Origin: Euprymna scolopes | Taxonomy: Eukaryota | Length of the DNA: 64,000 nt | Reading direction: 5' to 3' (one strand) | Assembly (NCBI GenBank): GCA_053919585.1 | Contig: CM132799.1 | Shown here: positions 1-12,055 of the stretch, one piece after another | Layout: each line of letters starts with the position of its first letter | How positions within the stretch are numbered: the first letter of the stretch is position 1 | The notes under the pieces: model-generated | The model's input: the letters and a program-made list of their open reading frames with translations, nothing else | Database searches by the model: none | Told to the model about the DNA's origin: nothing | Made by a program: the position numbers and the translations under genes

Positions 1-497
1 TTGGTATTGCGAACCTAGTAAACTGTTAGCATTAAAATATTTGTGGAATATCGCAACGGTTGGTGAGAAATTGTAACGTACGCATTTTAATGGCCCGTTG
101 TGAGAAACGACTTCACTGCATCAAGCATATTAATTAAGAAATTATGCTATTTTTACTTGTTAACGTATTTTGGTTTTGACAACGTTTCTTTTAGACTTTA
201 ATTAAAATGGTAATACTGATACATCTCTTAAACAAGGCTGAATACTCTATTATTAGGTATGTTCCGGAAATTTTTGTAAGAAAATAAACAACTTGAAGTG
301 GTTCGTAAATTAGAAGAGTGTAAAAGCAGACGATACTATTACAATTTTTTTTTTTTTAATGAAAAGAAACAAACAATTCCTGGAAAATTGTTTTTAGTAG
401 TCTTGTACTGGAAAAAAACGAAACTGTTTCTATTATTCTTATTTATTCTTTACTAAGCAAATATGGCAGAATTGTGGATAATCAGAAAATTACAATT

Positions 498-962
498 AAT
501 TTATTGATTGTAGACTATTATCCTCATCTTCCGTATGTGGTTTTCCACGACGCTTCGGCCAACTATTCCTCTGTCCTTCGTCAAATGGAAACCGCGAGGG
601 GATAGGAACTGAATCTCCTTACTGCATTCTTAGCAATTACTGCCATCCATAGTTGTTGTCTTCTCACCAAGTTTTTGGCCAAGTAAACATCTGGCCGGCT
701 TTGGGTAGGATTGAAACCGCTATCTTCAGACAATTCTCACCTTGAATCGTAGAGATTAAACGTCTCTATCGACTGCACCACAGGCCACATGGTGAGACGA
801 CAACACCTATGGATGGCAGTAATTACTGAGAATGCAGTTAGGATATTCGGAGTTCCTATCCCGTCGCGCTTACAACCTAACGAAGCCAGGGAATTAATTG
901 GTCTAAACGTCGTGAAACAGCATCTAAGAAAGATGAGAATAACAGTCTGCAGAAAATAAATT
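498..962. mobile_element. Long imperfect inverted repeat (arms ~498-669 and ~790-962), probably Penelope-like element (PLE)-derived or a foldback/MITE remnant
   Basis: The left arm agactattatcctcatcttcc...gggataggaactgaatctccttactgcattcttagcaattactgccatccatagttgttgtcttctcacca aligns with the reverse complement of 790-962 (tggtgagacgacaacacctatggatggcagtaattactgagaatgcag...gatgagaataacagtct). Each arm has a decayed (C)TGACGAAGG...GGCCGAAACGTC motif like the minimal hammerhead in PLE repeats. The inverted repeat is directly visible; the PLE assignment is inference. Confidence 0.7.
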
Positions 963-1174
963 GATAAATAATACCCATCTCAATAATGAATTCAAATTTA
1001 AAAATACATACAAAAAACTACATTTTAAAATAAATAACATTGAAAACATCACGTGGCATTTTCTTAGAAATTATAATTATTCATTTTTATCACAATTAAT
1101 ACTGAAATGTTATGTCGTGCCTTCTGTATATAACTGCTATAAATGTTTGTCCGTGTACATCGGGTTCTAACGTA

Positions 1175-2300
1175 GGAAGTGATTCAACTCTTGCATGTTA
1201 AGGCAGAACCGCCAACAGCTAGCACGCTTTTAAAGCAAGGAAGCAAATGGCATATGTCGAGCGTCACTTGTCTCAACTGTTTCGAGCAAAGCATACGTTT
1301 GCACCACCCTCATGAAAAAATGTCAAGAAAACGGGTTTTTTTATTGTCAATTATATCTAGTCAAATTGATGCCGATAACGGAAAGGGCAGTGTAGAAGAT
1401 ACTGTTTTTATCGAGCAGGACACGAGCTATCAGAATATTGTTCTCGAACAGTTGAGAAGATCTGCATCCATTACTGGTGTTGTTTGCTTTCCTGCACACT
1501 GAACAAGTCTTACCCCAGACGGGCCAATATGCATGGCTAGGAAGCCGGATAAATATAGCATGGACAATAATAATTACACACTTTACAGGTTGGTGATTTG
1601 AGTTTTCGAGAATTGTTACGGCGATGGCTGGATACTGGTCTAACAGTACAAATATCAGATGACTAGCTGAGCTGAGACTAATCTCTGAGCATTGCTTCAA
1701 AGACCTCTGAGTGTTTGACAACATCTTCGATGGCTGCTAACTGACTAGACTTAAAGAAAATATCTTTGAAGAGTTGCATTGTTGATTCCACATATTAACT
1801 GGCTCTTGATGTTGATCGTAGAAATTTCAAAATGGCAACTAGGACAAGCGAATTCGCAATCAACCGCAAGTGATCGCATACGAAGTAAAAAGTCGTTCAA
1901 AGGTTCATTTTCAGCTTGAATGACGTTGCCGAAACAGATGCGATGGACAGCAAGGTTAATGTGTACGTAACCAAGGATTAAATTGCCTGAAGGATTTCAT
2001 CTGGCATGCTGAAAAATGCCGGATACGAACTAATGGCACTGTTCTGTACAGAATCCTGACAACAACATTTTACAATGTTCTAACCATGTGTTGGGGGTAT
2101 GTTGGTAACGTTCTTGTACACTCCACATCAATGACGAACTTTCGGAACCGAGGATGGATCGTGTTCACCACGAAAGTAGGGAGTTTGATTGAGTCAGCCA
2201 AAGGTTTGAAATCTGTGGAGTTGGCACCTATGGACGGCTCTATCTTCGGAGAATATGTTTAGTCGGGAGCAAGGATAGCAAGTCTGTCGCCAAGATCATG
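1175..2300 (-). pseudogene. gag: Degenerate Ty3/Gypsy-type LTR retrotransposon gag plus aspartic protease fragment
   Basis: Manual minus-strand translation across frameshifts gives KLPTFVVNTIHPRFRKFVID, NLAVHRICFGNVIQAENEPLNDFLLRMRSLAVDCEFACPSCHFEISTINIKSQLICG and a decayed zinc knuckle WPVWGKTCSVCRKANNTSNGCRS (inside ORF 1347..1724; compare CPAWGKxCxxCxKxNHFAxVCRS). It then gives FFHEGGANVCFA (decayed DSGA protease site, ~1285-1320) and KSVLAVGGSALTCKS*I (flap). Stops and frameshifts are present, and no RT or integrase follows. Confidence 0.8.
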
Positions 2301-3435
2301 ATATCGAGACTGTTAAAATGGGAATCAGTTTGTGTTTGAACGGTTTTCTCAGTGATACGGGTGTTTACGAATGCTTGATCGTATTGGGTACAGTCAATGC
2401 CCGTGATATCAGCCTCATTAAAAAAAAACCCTCACCCAACATCCTTCCTGCACCGTAGCACCGTATCAAATGCAGGAACACAGGTTCGACCAAAGGTACT
2501 TAGATGGTTAAAACCCATGCAGCTGCTGAAATGAAAGAAACACTCATTAGCAACAATGAAGGAACTGAGGAGTATATACTCTATATCCAATCACACCTGC
2601 CTAACTAGCAAGCGTCCTCCAAACGGGAATGTTTACTCTCAAAATATCTTATGTGAGTTTTTATTTATATAAAGGTGTATGTTTGTAGGGTGTAACCCCT
2701 ATACACCGACCTGCACCCAAAACGCAACCTTCTAGCACCATAAGCAACAGTAGTGCACACTTTTCAATGAAAATAACTTTTATATGTGCCATCGGCAAAC
2801 CTTAACCTATCTGCACTTACTTGACGCAATTGAGATCAAATCAGTCCCGCGTAAACCGCGTTATTGACACACAACAATGCGACGGTCTGTTATCATTTAT
2901 TTACTTGTTTTCAGAACAACAGCACCTTTTCTTGAAGAATGGCATGCCATTTGAAATATTGAACTATAAAAATATATTTATAACAATACACAGACTCACC
3001 TCCATTATGAAAATATAACTCAGGAAACTTATGTTGAATAACAAATTTGTAAGTGAAATAATTACTATTATTTAAACACCGAAAACAATATTGTCTGATT
3101 ATTAATAATGTTAACTTATTGTTATTTCTTAAAAGTAGATAATTGGAAATAAGAAGATTAGTAAATAAATCTGGTGAGTACACAGAGTTTAAATCTCATA
3201 GCTATAGCCGTCGGGTATCGTTGAGTTCTCTCCCCTGTACGACATGAAACTTAAATCGGAGACAGACCTGGATAGATCTAGAGGTATCGAGTGGTTTATA
3301 CGTACTTTCAATCACCAGACTTATATTTAACGTTGCAGTCTCGGATCGATGGCATCGTGCATTCTATACACCATCACCCGCTTCTATCCCCGCTCAGTGT
3401 TGTCTGTAAGCAGCGAAAAAGTGTGTGGGGGTTTG

Positions 3436-3442
<7 letters not shown>

Positions 3443-3474
<32 letters not shown>
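3443..3474. repeat. (GA)n microsatellite
   Basis: Directly visible AG dinucleotide run. Confidence 0.95.
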
Positions 3475-3478
<4 letters not shown>

Positions 3479-3743
3479 TCGGTGAAGGTAATTTTCCAAG
3501 AGATGAGCGGACGCAGATGTTTGAAAAAAGGAAACATCTTATGTATGTGTTTTGCGTTGTATTTTTTCCTTGTTACTATTCTTTTTTACAATTTCCATTC
3601 AATAATGTTAATCTCGTTTAAAATAGGTTAAATTATTTCTTGGTAAATCTAGAGTTTAATGATCAGAAGCCAAGGTTGTTGTAAACTGATAGTTTTTTTC
3701 TAGTGAATTCTCAACAAAAGTATATGTGCTGCATTAAGCAATA

Positions 3744-3746
<3 letters not shown>

Positions 3747-3794
<48 letters not shown>

Positions 3795-4111
3795 GAGAGA
3801 GAAAGCGAAAGGAAAGAGAGAAGGAGAGAAACATGTGAGCATCTATACATACATCACACGTTATAAATATCCATAGATCTATACCCTAGACTTGTATAAA
3901 TATATGGAAAAATAAAAATAAGGAATGCCTGACAATAAATAAAAACATAACTAGTTTTGGATTTACCGTTTCTTTCAATATAGATGTACGTCTTCCTAGA
4001 ATCACAGTACCCTTTTATATTTACATCTACTATAATAAATTCGTCTTCCCTTTTGTTTGCTTGTTCATCATTTGAGTAATATTAAGACAAGTTACACTTT
4101 CTCACAAATTA

Positions 4112-4182
<71 letters not shown>

Positions 4183-4390
4183 AAGTCAGCCAATGAATTT
4201 AAAAATTTATGATGTGAAATGTTTGAGTTTCGGATACAAGATTTTTTTTATTATTCTATGTAAGACAAAGATTATATTAGAAATATTTTTACTCCTTATC
4301 CTATAATATTTCGATGTCTACTATCTCTTCAGAGGATAAATCGCAGGTTTCCATATCAGCTGATTGTTTGATAATTTTATTCTGAAAAAG

Positions 4391-4471
<81 letters not shown>

Positions 4472-4677
4472 GTGAAAATATATATGCCAATTAAACTATT
4501 CCGAATATTCCGTGTGTTATTCTCGCGGAATATTCTGATAGCTTAATTGACATATATATTTTCACAACTTAATACGTAACGCTACATATGTATTGCGACC
4601 TGTCGAAGTAAATACTGAAAATCCACGCATAAAATCATATCTTCGTGTATTAATTTTTGGAATTAAATGAAGTTATC

Positions 4678-4730
<53 letters not shown>
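3747..4730. repeat. Cluster of four (TA)n microsatellites (~3747-3794, 4115-4178, 4391-4460, 4684-4730)
   Basis: Directly visible TA runs. Confidence 0.95.
4468..4569. repeat. ~100-bp palindrome/hairpin with ~46-bp arms
   Basis: agttgtgaaaatatatatgccaattaaactattccgaatattccgtg matches the reverse complement of cgcggaatattctgatagcttaattgacatatatattttcacaact with few mismatches and a short loop. Confidence 0.85.
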
Positions 4731-4732
<2 letters not shown>

Positions 4733-5819
4733 GGAGGGGGTTGTAAAGAGATAGGTTTTTATACTAAAAATTTTACCATAAGCAAAAGATGATGAAAGTA
4801 AAGATACTTTTCGCGAAAATATATTTTTTTATATCAACTTCTTTTTTCCATTCGAAAAGAGAAAATGTTATATATATAATAATATAAATATACAAGAAAT
4901 AAATGTTACTTTTATGGTAGAAAACTCATTGGTTTTTATATTTATGTAGCATGTAAAAAAAAAAACAATAATCCACGAACAGGTTTTAAAAAAAAATCAA
5001 AATGGCAGCGATTTTCAAATGGAGAGCCCCGTTGTCAATTTGAAGGAGACGAACCTTAGCATTCTGTGTTTACAATTTCAGAGAGTTCCGTCATCGTAAG
5101 GCATATTTATAGACATATTTTTATGTTTTCCGTTATTTTGTGCTTGAGGAATATCCGAGTATGGCATGTGTAGTTTATATAAAAATTAATTTATGTAGTT
5201 ATCGTCTCAAATTTCGTTATAATTTCGGTTCGCTGAAATTATTTCAAGTAAAGAGCATTAAAAACTATTTCAAAACAAGCAAAAAACATGAACTGAACTT
5301 TTATTGACTATGGGAACATTTATTTCTTGTATATTTATTTTTTCGGGTAGTCGTTTGTTGGCTTTTTCTACTAAACACTCTTATTAAATAATATCGACGA
5401 AATATCGAAAAACAAAGAAACAAAAACAGTTTTAAAAAATAATGAAGGTTTACTTATTTTAGTAAAATAATCTGAAACAGCAAAATGGGATATTAAAAAA
5501 GTAAACCCGTAATTACTATAGTTTTTTTAAGCAAAGTATCGATATAAATATCAATAAGAAGAGAATGGCGCCTTTTTAAAGCAGAACAGCTTCGTTTCAG
5601 TTTTACAGTATTTAACGGTGTAGTATTGCGCCAGACTTATGCAAAATTTGTGTCGAGAATTGTCTAAGGTTCCGACTTTTTTTTTGGGGGGGGCTTTCAC
5701 TTTAATAAGAGCGTGAATTTATGAGGTGAATTTATTCGACACGATATGATTCAACTAAAAAAAAAGAATCCAACGTGAATTAAGATTAAAGTTAAGGTGT
5801 TATTGTGGACCTTCTCCCC

Positions 5820-6190
5820 TTTACAAAAAAAACCTTGGTGAACTTTGAGACATATTTCCATTCTATGGAGGGCAGGCGCGTACGAACACCCAATACTTTT
5901 ATTATACCATATTTCTTCAAACTGAAACATAATTATTAAAGTATACTTACGCAAATAGATATAAAATGTCTTTGTTAAAGTTTGATCCATATTTCCATGG
6001 AGTACAGGCGCGAACGCAGACCCCATAATTTTATTATTCCATCTCTATTTAAGTTGAAACATACTTAACAAAGTATTCTGATGTACGTCTATATAAAAAA
6101 CCCTTGCAAACGTTTTTTTTTATTTTTTATTTTTTTTATTTCCATACTTTGAGGGCCAGGTACGAACGCAGACCCCACAATTTTAATAAA
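5820..6190. repeat. Degenerate ~135-150-bp tandem repeat, about 3 copies
   Basis: The motif tttccat...ggag(g/t)(g/a)caggcgcg(a/t)acg(c/a)a(g/c)acccc(a)..ttttatta recurs at ~5856, ~5991 and ~6139; aaaaaa(a/c)ccttg recurs at ~5825 and ~6095. Confidence 0.7.
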
Positions 6191-6254
6191 CTACCGTTCT
6201 GCCAGATCAAACATACCCATTCCTGATCCTCGATACATCTATCATTATATTATA

Positions 6255-6393
6255 NNNNNNNNNNNNNNNNNNNNNNNNNNNNNNNNNNNNNNNNNNNNNN
6301 NNNNNNNNNNNNNNNNNNNNNNNNNNNNNNNNNNNNNNNNNNNNNNNNNNNNNNNNNNNNNNNNNNNNNNNNNNNNNNNNNNNNNNNNNNNNN
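6255..6393. other. Assembly gap or masked run (139 N)
   Basis: Run of n. Confidence 1.
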
Positions 6394-6859
6394 TTTTTTT
6401 TTTTTGATTCTGCGAGAATTACGGAAACTGCTTTAAAATCCAGATGCCTATTCAAGTACTGATATCTATTCTATTAAAATGTCTTATCTTTCGGTGTAAT
6501 ATCTGCATATATTTTTTGCACTAGGGAGGAGGCGTAAAATGTAGATTTTGGAAATAATTTACTCTAATTTTTCAACAAAGACAAGATTTATTAGTCTTTT
6601 AGAAGAAATCGCTTTTGCATTTGGTGGTTCATTCATACTATTTGCAATTTCCATGAAAGTTTTAATAGAATCAAGGATTTGTATAAAAAATAAATAAACC
6701 GTTTAAGCACACAATTGCTAACAACCCCCCACGTGTCAAGAATGGGTTTCTACATTATACTGATACTATTGAGAAATCTTTCCCAACATTGTAATGGTTC
6801 TGTGTATACTATTATCTATATCCCATCTCAATAAATGTTTGTTTGTTTTTTCTCGCAAT

Positions 6860-9800
6860 TATGCAGTAGTCTCTGGTGGGGCCTCTCAATGCCATACTAG
6901 TGGGTAACTGTTACGGCTTTACCTTATCATGTGCTACAAAAAAAATCCTGTCTTTCCTCTCTTACTTTCCCTCTCTGTTCTGCTTTAACCAAGTATGCTG
7001 ACCTCTTCCACAAACCCCAAAATCATCAACATGAAATATCTCAAAAAAGAAAACACGAATAAACCTAGAACCCCATACTCCTACGCAGACCCCTACTGCC
7101 ATATCTCCTTCTCCAACCTCAGGAGTCTACGTTCTAACCTGCCAGAGGTTGAAACCCAATTACAGGAGACGAAACCTGACATATTCTTTCTAAGCGAAAC
7201 TGGAATAGGGCCGACCACCTCCCTAGATGAGTTCATAATTAAAGGATACTCTAACTTAACATCTAAATCTGACCCCCAAGATCTCCCACAGGCATGGAAT
7301 ATGTGCCTACATCAAAGATGACTTCCCATGTGGCAGGGATATCTCCAGAGAAGACCCTAATCTTCCTTGTATGTGCTTCCAGGTTGCACCACCGCATTTA
7401 TATTTGCCCTCTATCGCCCCCACAACAGCGGAGTTACTGTCTTTAAGAGTATATCAGAAAAGATTAACCACATCCTGTCTGCTCATCCCTCGGCTAACAT
7501 TCACATTTGCAGTGACTTCAATGTCTATAATGTGGAATGGCTGACCCACTCAAATAAGACTGATAATGAGGGGAGGTTCTGTCATGATTTTGCCATTGCT
7601 TATGACCTCACTTAGATTGCCTGCGATCCCACCCGTATGCCCGCTAGTACCGGTCAGTTCGCAAGCCTCCCAGACCTTTTTTCTATCCACTTCCCCTGAG
7701 CTATGCTCATGTTCCGTTCTATCTCCTCTGGGATCCTCCGACCACTGCGTCGTTTCAGATAAGATAAAAATGAAATATAATAAATCTACAGACGTACCTC
7801 CCCACCGTACTGTATATCGATACTCTATAGCGGACTGGGATACTTCCGTACATTCATATCTGATCTCCCTCTCCATTCCATGTTTAAAAAGGATGTGCCC
7901 TCTATAGTATCAGACCTAACCGAATGGTTACTCATAGGCATAGACCAATTCATACCATCAAAAAAATTCCAACAAAAACCTAACAGCCAGACATGGTTCT
8001 CCCCCGAATGTGCTGCTGCCATCGCACACAGAAATCACTTTTTCCATAGCGGCCAACGTAATAGATGCACTGAAACTAAAGCAACCACTGTAAAAGAGTA
8101 ATAAAAAATGCAAGAGGGCTATATGCGCAATCCGTTAAGCCCAAAGTAGCTGAGGAGAGGCTTGGTTCCCACCAGTTCTGGCAAATAGCAAATAGGATCC
8201 TGAACAGAAACGTGCGTTCTATCCCAACCATTATCAATGGACCAGAGGTCATCTCGACAGCATCAGACAAGGCCAAACTTATTGCCAAAAACTTTGCGGC
8301 AAATTCTACCCTGTGTGACGAAGGCCATCAACTCCCCATATTCCCTCCTATAACAGACAACACGCAAGGCAACATACAAATATCTGTGCGTGAGGTCGTC
8401 AAGCTAATCAAGAACCAGTAAAGTAACTGGTCCCGACAGTATTCCAATTATAGTGTTAAAAGAATTACAACCAGAACTTGCCCCCATACTTTCCAAACTG
8501 TTTAAGCGTTGCCTTAAGGAGAAGTGCTTCCCAACACCCTGCAAAACCTCATCAGTATGCCGTGTTTAAGAATTCAGGTGATAAGTCATCCCCCTCTCAG
8601 TGCAGACCAATAAGTCTCCTGTGAATCCACAATAAACAGAGAAGTGGTCAACCACCTCAGCAGAAATAACCTTCTTAGCGACACGCAATATGGTTTCCGC
8701 TCTGCTAGGTCTACAACATATGTGCTAACGGTTATATCTCATAGGATTAGCGAATCTCTCGACAAATGCTTCATTTCTAGGGCAATTGCTCTCGACATAT
8801 CAAAGGCCTTCGATAAGGTTTGGCATGAAGGCCTACTACACAAGATTTCCAGCTACGGTATAACTGGAAATGTTTTCTATATCATTAAGACATTTCTCTC
8901 GGATAGGCTCATAAGAGTAGTTGTTTATGGGCAGAAATCAGAGGCCCACAGTATTAATGCTGGAGTCCCTCAGGGGTCCATACTGGGCCCAACTCTCTTC
9001 CTGATCTACATCAATGATCTCCCAAAACACATACTAAAATCTTTCGTTGTCATCTATGCTGATGACACGACCATCTATTGCAACACATCAAAGGGCGTAA
9101 ATGATGATATTCTCTCTGATTCTCTCTCCTCTGATCTTAAGTGCTTGGTACAGCGGGGGAAGAGGTGTCTGGTTACCTTTAATGCATCTAAAACCAAGCT
9201 CCTATCTCTACATCATAAATGCTCTGATCCCCATCTGGCATCAATTGAAATGGATGGCTCTCGTCTAAGGGAGGGCACAGGCTTTGATAAGCTCCTGGGT
9301 GTGACCTTTACACCTGATCTGAAATGGAACACATACATCAAGTCTGTGGCCAAGGTCGCTGTGAAAATGGTGGGATCCTTCTACCGCCACAGAAGATATC
9401 TCACTAATGATGCAATTCTCTATCTATATAAGAGCCAAGTACGTCCAAAGATGGAGTACTGCTGCCACATCTGGGCGGGGGCTGCTAAAAACAGCCTATA
9501 CTGCCTTGACAGAGTACAAAATAGACTCCGTGGCTTGGTGGGGGATGCCCTTTTTTCTACCCTGCAACCTCTTTCCCACAGAAGAGACGTAGCGAGCCTG
9601 TCATTGTTCTATCGTTATTTCCATGGCAGGTGTTCGTCTGAGCTCCATTCTCTGGTCCCCTTTCGCCAATCTTTCTCAAAAAACACCCGGCTAGCTGAAA
9701 CCACCGTCAATAATTTTCCCCACTCCCTATCTGTGCCTAAATCAAAATGTAGATACCATGAACAAAGCTTCTTTCTTAGAACAGCACGCCTATGGAACTC

Positions 9801-10007
9801 TGTTCCGCTTGCCTGTTTCCCTCCCGACTTCAACCTGGATGCCTTCAAGTCTAACACAAACAAATTCCTGATGAACCACCCTCCCTAAGTAATGAAACCT
9901 TACCAATTCTCCAATACTATTGCTACACTATCTCGTTTGATTACTGTAAATGCAATAACTCTTATCCCTGAGTGGCCATTGGGCCTTGATAAGTGGTGAA
10001 CTCCATG

Positions 10008-10010
<3 letters not shown>
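6860..10010 (+). mobile_element. CR1/Jockey-group non-LTR retrotransposon (LINE), APE endonuclease + reverse transcriptase ORF2, inactivated
   Basis: APE motifs are spread over broken ORFs: ISFSNLRSLRSN and PDIFFLSET (6995..7321), IHICSDFNV (7367..7615), LGSSDHCVV (7566..7907). The linker has WFSPECAAAIAHRN (7880..8101). RT lies in 8644..9888, followed by a short 3' UTR ending ...gtggtgaactccatgtaaat and (TA)n. The 5' boundary is approximate. Confidence 0.93.
8644..9888 (+). pseudogene. Reverse transcriptase and C-terminal part of the LINE ORF2 (open 414-codon segment)
   Basis: Motifs QYGFRSARST, ALDISKAFDKVWH, GVPQGSILGPTLFLIYINDL, YADDTT, FNASKTK, MEYCCHIWAG and LQPLSHRRDVASLSLFYRYFHG. The upstream part of the same ORF2 is frameshifted, so this is not an independent gene. 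Confidence 0.92.
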
Positions 10011-10067
<57 letters not shown>

Positions 10068-10122
10068 GCAGTTATTATATTGATGTGTGTTACTGAAAAA
10101 TAAAACCGAAATAATGATGGTG

Positions 10123-10169
<47 letters not shown>
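10011..10169. repeat. (TA)n tract 10011-10064 and (AAT)n tract 10123-10169
   Basis: Directly visible. Confidence 0.95.
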
Positions 10170-10470
10170 TTAGCAAGAAAGAAAAACCGTGTCAAATTGT
10201 AGACTTTGCTGCTACAGCTGACCAAAGGGTGAATATCAAAGAAAAAGAGAAATGGAACAAATACATATAGATAACCAGAGAGCTGAAAGGGATATGGAAG
10301 ATGAAGAAAATCAAATAATACTTATAACAGTAGGAGCACTAGGAACCTCCCGAAAAACTTTGAAAAAAGAATGGGAGAAATTGGAATCAAAGGAATGACT
10401 GGAAAAATACAACGAACAACAGCAACATGAAAACAGCTGAAATATTAAGAGAACCCCTTGAATGTGGAAA
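10170..10470 (+). mobile_element. 5'-truncated R4/Dong-type (restriction-like endonuclease) non-LTR retrotransposon fragment
   Basis: The plus strand translates to SKKEKPCQIVDFAATADQRVNIKEKEKWNKYI*ITRELKGIWKMK, then after a frameshift IILITVGALGTSRKTLKKEWEKL. This matches the RLE C-terminal pattern KKxxTCxIVDFAVPADxRVxxKExEKxxKYxDLARELxxLWxM...IPIVIGALGT. It starts immediately after the (AAT)n tract. Confidence 0.8.
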
Positions 10471-11521
10471 CTAACACACAGGAGCAACACGTGCGGTCCA
10501 GACAAACTGCTGCAAGGGAAAAAAATGAAACACTACATGGAACCAAGAACACTGAAACCGCATATCTATAAGTTCTCTAACTCAATCTTACCCCCATTGC
10601 CACATCACTACCCCCACCAAAAAATAATGAGACCAAACGGTTTTAGCTATATATAGATAATATTATAAGAAAGTTTTCGTAGGTTTATATTACTGTGATT
10701 TTTGAAATTTATCTCACAGATGTAGTATATATGTAGAATAGCACGCCAGTATGCTGAAATTACATATTTTATTGTTTAATTTAGTTAAACACATAGTACA
10801 GGAAATATTAAGATACTTATGTACAAATGATTTTCAGCATACCGTACGGCTCTATACTTTAACAAATTTATATGCATGATCGCTGATTGTTGTGTATATG
10901 AATTTAACGTTAAAATTTTTTGCTTTATTCTTTTTCTTGGGAATGGTAAATAAGGACTTTCCGTTTCCATAAACCGTATGCATCTACTCTCTTTTCAATG
11001 CCGTTTAGTCAAAATTACGAATTTTTCAGTTATTGATTTGTTTTTTCTGTCAGGGATTAATATCCATTCGGCACTTTCCCCGATTGAATTGCTCCCGTTC
11101 CTTATCTCTCGCTTCAACAGACATTGTTTTGTAAGAAGTGCGCGTGTTTTGCAATTGTATTAGTTTTACATATAAGAAGAGTTGAATATCTGATCAGTTC
11201 ATTACTCGACCAGTTTGCACTCTCGAGGCTATATTTTTTTAAAAATGTTCTCTACTGCGCGAGAATAACTTAGCTACTGTTGTTATATCAAGGTAGGCGG
11301 TATGGCTGTACCTATGGCCGTGAGATGCGAATCAAAGCTAACCAGCCAATTACTTGTTTTGTGATCTTGGTTTAATCCCCAATTACAACAGGCAACGATG
11401 ACATTATGATCACCGTAGATTAATCAGATACCTAACATGATGGGGTTTTGTCAAAATTACAATTTTAAACTGACAACCGTCTTTCTGACATTCCCGGTAG
11501 CTTGACCGAAGACAATGTGTG

Positions 11522-11523
<2 letters not shown>

Positions 11524-11612
<89 letters not shown>

Positions 11613-12002
11613 CAATACTAATTTTTTATACCTACAGACACAAGTGTTTCATCCTTCAGTGCAGGGTGACACGATTACTACCGGTCGGTAGATTTGAACC
11701 CGACCATGAAGCCAACTGTGACTCCATTAGCAAGCAACGTACCTCACGTGCAATCTAAACCGCGAGAAATATGCGTTTAAATTTTAGCATTTAATTTTTA
11801 AATGTCGTAATATCCAGCCATAGTGATCTAATGGTTATAGCACAATGATCTGCCGACGACTATATGTTTAAACATTTAAAATCTCAACAGTTAGAAACTG
11901 ATTTTCTTAAAAGGGCTGACATAATTATTACAATAATACTTTTAATACCTACGGACACTAGTTTCATTTCAGGGCTCATCTATCTATCTATCTATCTATC
12001 TA

Positions 12003-12051
<49 letters not shown>
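11524..12051. repeat. (TA)n 11524-11610 and (TATC)n(TA)n ~11978-12051 microsatellites
   Basis: Directly visible. Confidence 0.95.

Positions 12052-12055
<4 letters not shown>

Noticed and set aside
508-532. The reverse complement of the fold-back arm (aagatgaggataatagtctacaa) matches the satellite (aagatgagaaatatagtagacaa) at 18/23 positions, hinting at a TE origin of the satellite
   Set aside because: A short match between A-rich sequences, found after scanning ~21 kb on both strands against all rotations of the monomer, is plausible by chance. It would need the TE family consensus to test.
2300-2700. Candidate 5' LTR and primer-binding site for the Gypsy fragment
   Set aside because: There is no second LTR in the window, and the CA-TGG junction at ~2515-2519 is not followed by a recognisable tRNA 3'-end complement.
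11650-11860. Possible tRNA or tRNA-derived SINE (B-box-like GGTTCAAATC on the minus strand ~11692-11701; A-box-like tagtgatctaatggttatagcac ~11821)
   Set aside because: The two boxes are on opposite strands and no cloverleaf can be drawn; at most these are unresolvable SINE remnants.
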